DNA from: Fonticula alba ATCC 38817
Taxonomy: Eukaryota; Protista; Nucleariida
Direction: 5' to 3' (one strand)
Assembly (NCBI GenBank): GCA_000388065.2
Contig: KB932201.1
DNA: 7,615 nucleotides
Both the position numbers and the translations under genes were made by a program. Numbering within the stretch: the stretch's first letter is position 1; every line of letters begins with the position of its first letter. The notes beneath the pieces were generated by a model. That model was not told the origin of the DNA. It ran no database searches and saw only the letters and a list, made by a program, of their open reading frames with translations. Positions 6,444 through 7,615 of this stretch are shown here, one piece after another.

Positions 6444-6932
6444 CGACCCCCAACGGGACACCGGGGACACGGGTGCGCGAGCTCCTTCTTTGCTCTCGCC
6501 CCCCCCCCCCCCCCCCCGCCGGAGGGGAGGCGGGATTCGTCGGCGCACATGCCGGCAGCCACTACGACCGGAGGACAATCGGACTGATGTGATGATGGCC
6601 AGGGAAGCCGGGGGTGGGGGGGGGGGACTGGTCGCCGCGGAAATGAAATGAAACGACATTCACCGGCCGCGCGCCCAGCGCAATCGACCGAGGGGAGACG
6701 CGCCGTGCATGCGAAAATGAGCGCGCGGCGCCGAGGCAGGCAGAGGAAGAGGCAATAATTGGTGTGCGACGCGGATCGGCCCCGCCCCCCCCGCCGCCGC
6801 CCGGCGGGGCGCGGGTGGTGGTTGGGGCGTGGATGAGGCCTGCCCTGCTTCTTCCCGGCCCCCGCCCCCACGCCCCCACGCCCCCCCTCCCCCGGGGGGG
6901 CTGCTCGGGGGGCCTCAGCTGGGGCCGTTGCC

Positions 6933-6938
<6 letters not shown>

Positions 6939-6966
<28 letters not shown>
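6939..6966. repeat. (AG)14 microsatellite
   Basis: Read directly. Confidence 0.95.
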
Positions 6967-6969
<3 letters not shown>

Positions 6970-7112
6970 GAGAGCACTCTCCCTCGGCCTGCTGGGTGCT
7001 ACCGAAACGGGTACTGGGGAGGGGAAATGAAAGTGCCCGGAGTCGGTGCTTGGTGCCCCGCGCCCACGCCCCCCCGCCCCCCTCCCCCCTTCCGCCCCCC
7101 GAGGGAAAGCAC

Positions 7113-7143
7113 TAATTTAATATTCGCGGGGATATATTACATC
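7113..7143 (-). promoter_or_regulatory. AT-rich island with TGTA...ATTAAA: candidate poly(A) signal of an upstream minus-strand gene outside the window
   Basis: Minus strand reads GATGTAATATATCCCCGCGAATATTAAATTA, with TGTA at 7141-7138 and ATTAAA at 7121-7116, in an otherwise very GC-rich region. Confidence 0.35.
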
Positions 7144-7615
7144 TTGGGGGGGGGGAGGGGCACCCGGTCGCCCATCCCTGGCCCGTCTTCGCCGCCCCCC
7201 GCCTCCGTCGCTCGCCTGGGCGCACCCGGGAGCCCCCGCCGGCAGGCCATCAACAACGGGGCTGGGGTTGCTGGGGTTCATGCCCTTTTCTCTGTCTCTC
7301 GCCCTAGCTCTTTGTCTTCCGCCAAATTGCACGCACAGGTCCGTCGGGGCACGGTTGTGCGTGTCGAGGCCTAAGGGCGGGCCCGGCGCGCAACAATCCT
7401 CCCAGGGGGGTCCAAGGCAGAGACATCCGAACAAGCGAGGGGGACGGGCGAGGAAGAAGAAGAAAAAAAAAAACGTCGGACACCTCCCTGCCGGGCCGTG
7501 GACCCCCAGGGCCCGTGGCTCGTCTGCCCCGCCCCCCTCCCCCGGGCGTTCAGCCGCCTCCCCTTGCGTGGCTGTGTGCCTGCACCCCGATTCAACCCGG
7601 ATTCGCCTCCCTCGG

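Noticed and set aside
6218-7615. Several 74-217 aa ORFs on both strands
   Set aside because: Low-complexity Pro/Gly/Arg products built from homopolymer and (AG)n runs, with no recognisable domain.
1-7615. tRNA, rRNA, CRISPR array, transposon or telomeric repeat
   Set aside because: No cloverleaf, rRNA-like conserved segment, regularly spaced repeat-spacer array, terminal repeats or transposase/RT motifs were seen.

Overview
GC-rich eukaryotic genomic DNA with spliceosomal GT-AG introns and abundant microsatellites and homopolymer runs. The composition and one fungal-type protein motif suggest a holomycotan protist such as Fonticula, but that is inference only. Two protein-coding genes are supported, both on the minus strand. 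(1) An intronless 377-aa protein (17..1150) with four Gly/Ala-rich hydrophobic helices resembling the Tim17/Tim22/Tim23 superfamily, plus a C-terminal coiled segment. (2) A five-exon gene, join(5974..5922,5752..5611,5517..5220,5032..3441,3256..2606), which I reconstructed by hand to a 911-aa protein. It has N-terminal ankyrin repeats, a ~470-aa Ser/Pro/Ala/Thr-rich disordered linker, and a C-terminal RVxF-plus-ankyrin module closely resembling the PP1-binding N-terminus of MYPT1/PPP1R12-PPP1R16 proteins. Most other listed ORFs are GC-driven shadow or low-complexity frames. I see no RNA genes, CRISPR arrays or mobile elements. The most notable observation is the rearranged PP1-regulator architecture. 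I found no clear multi-gene novel system.
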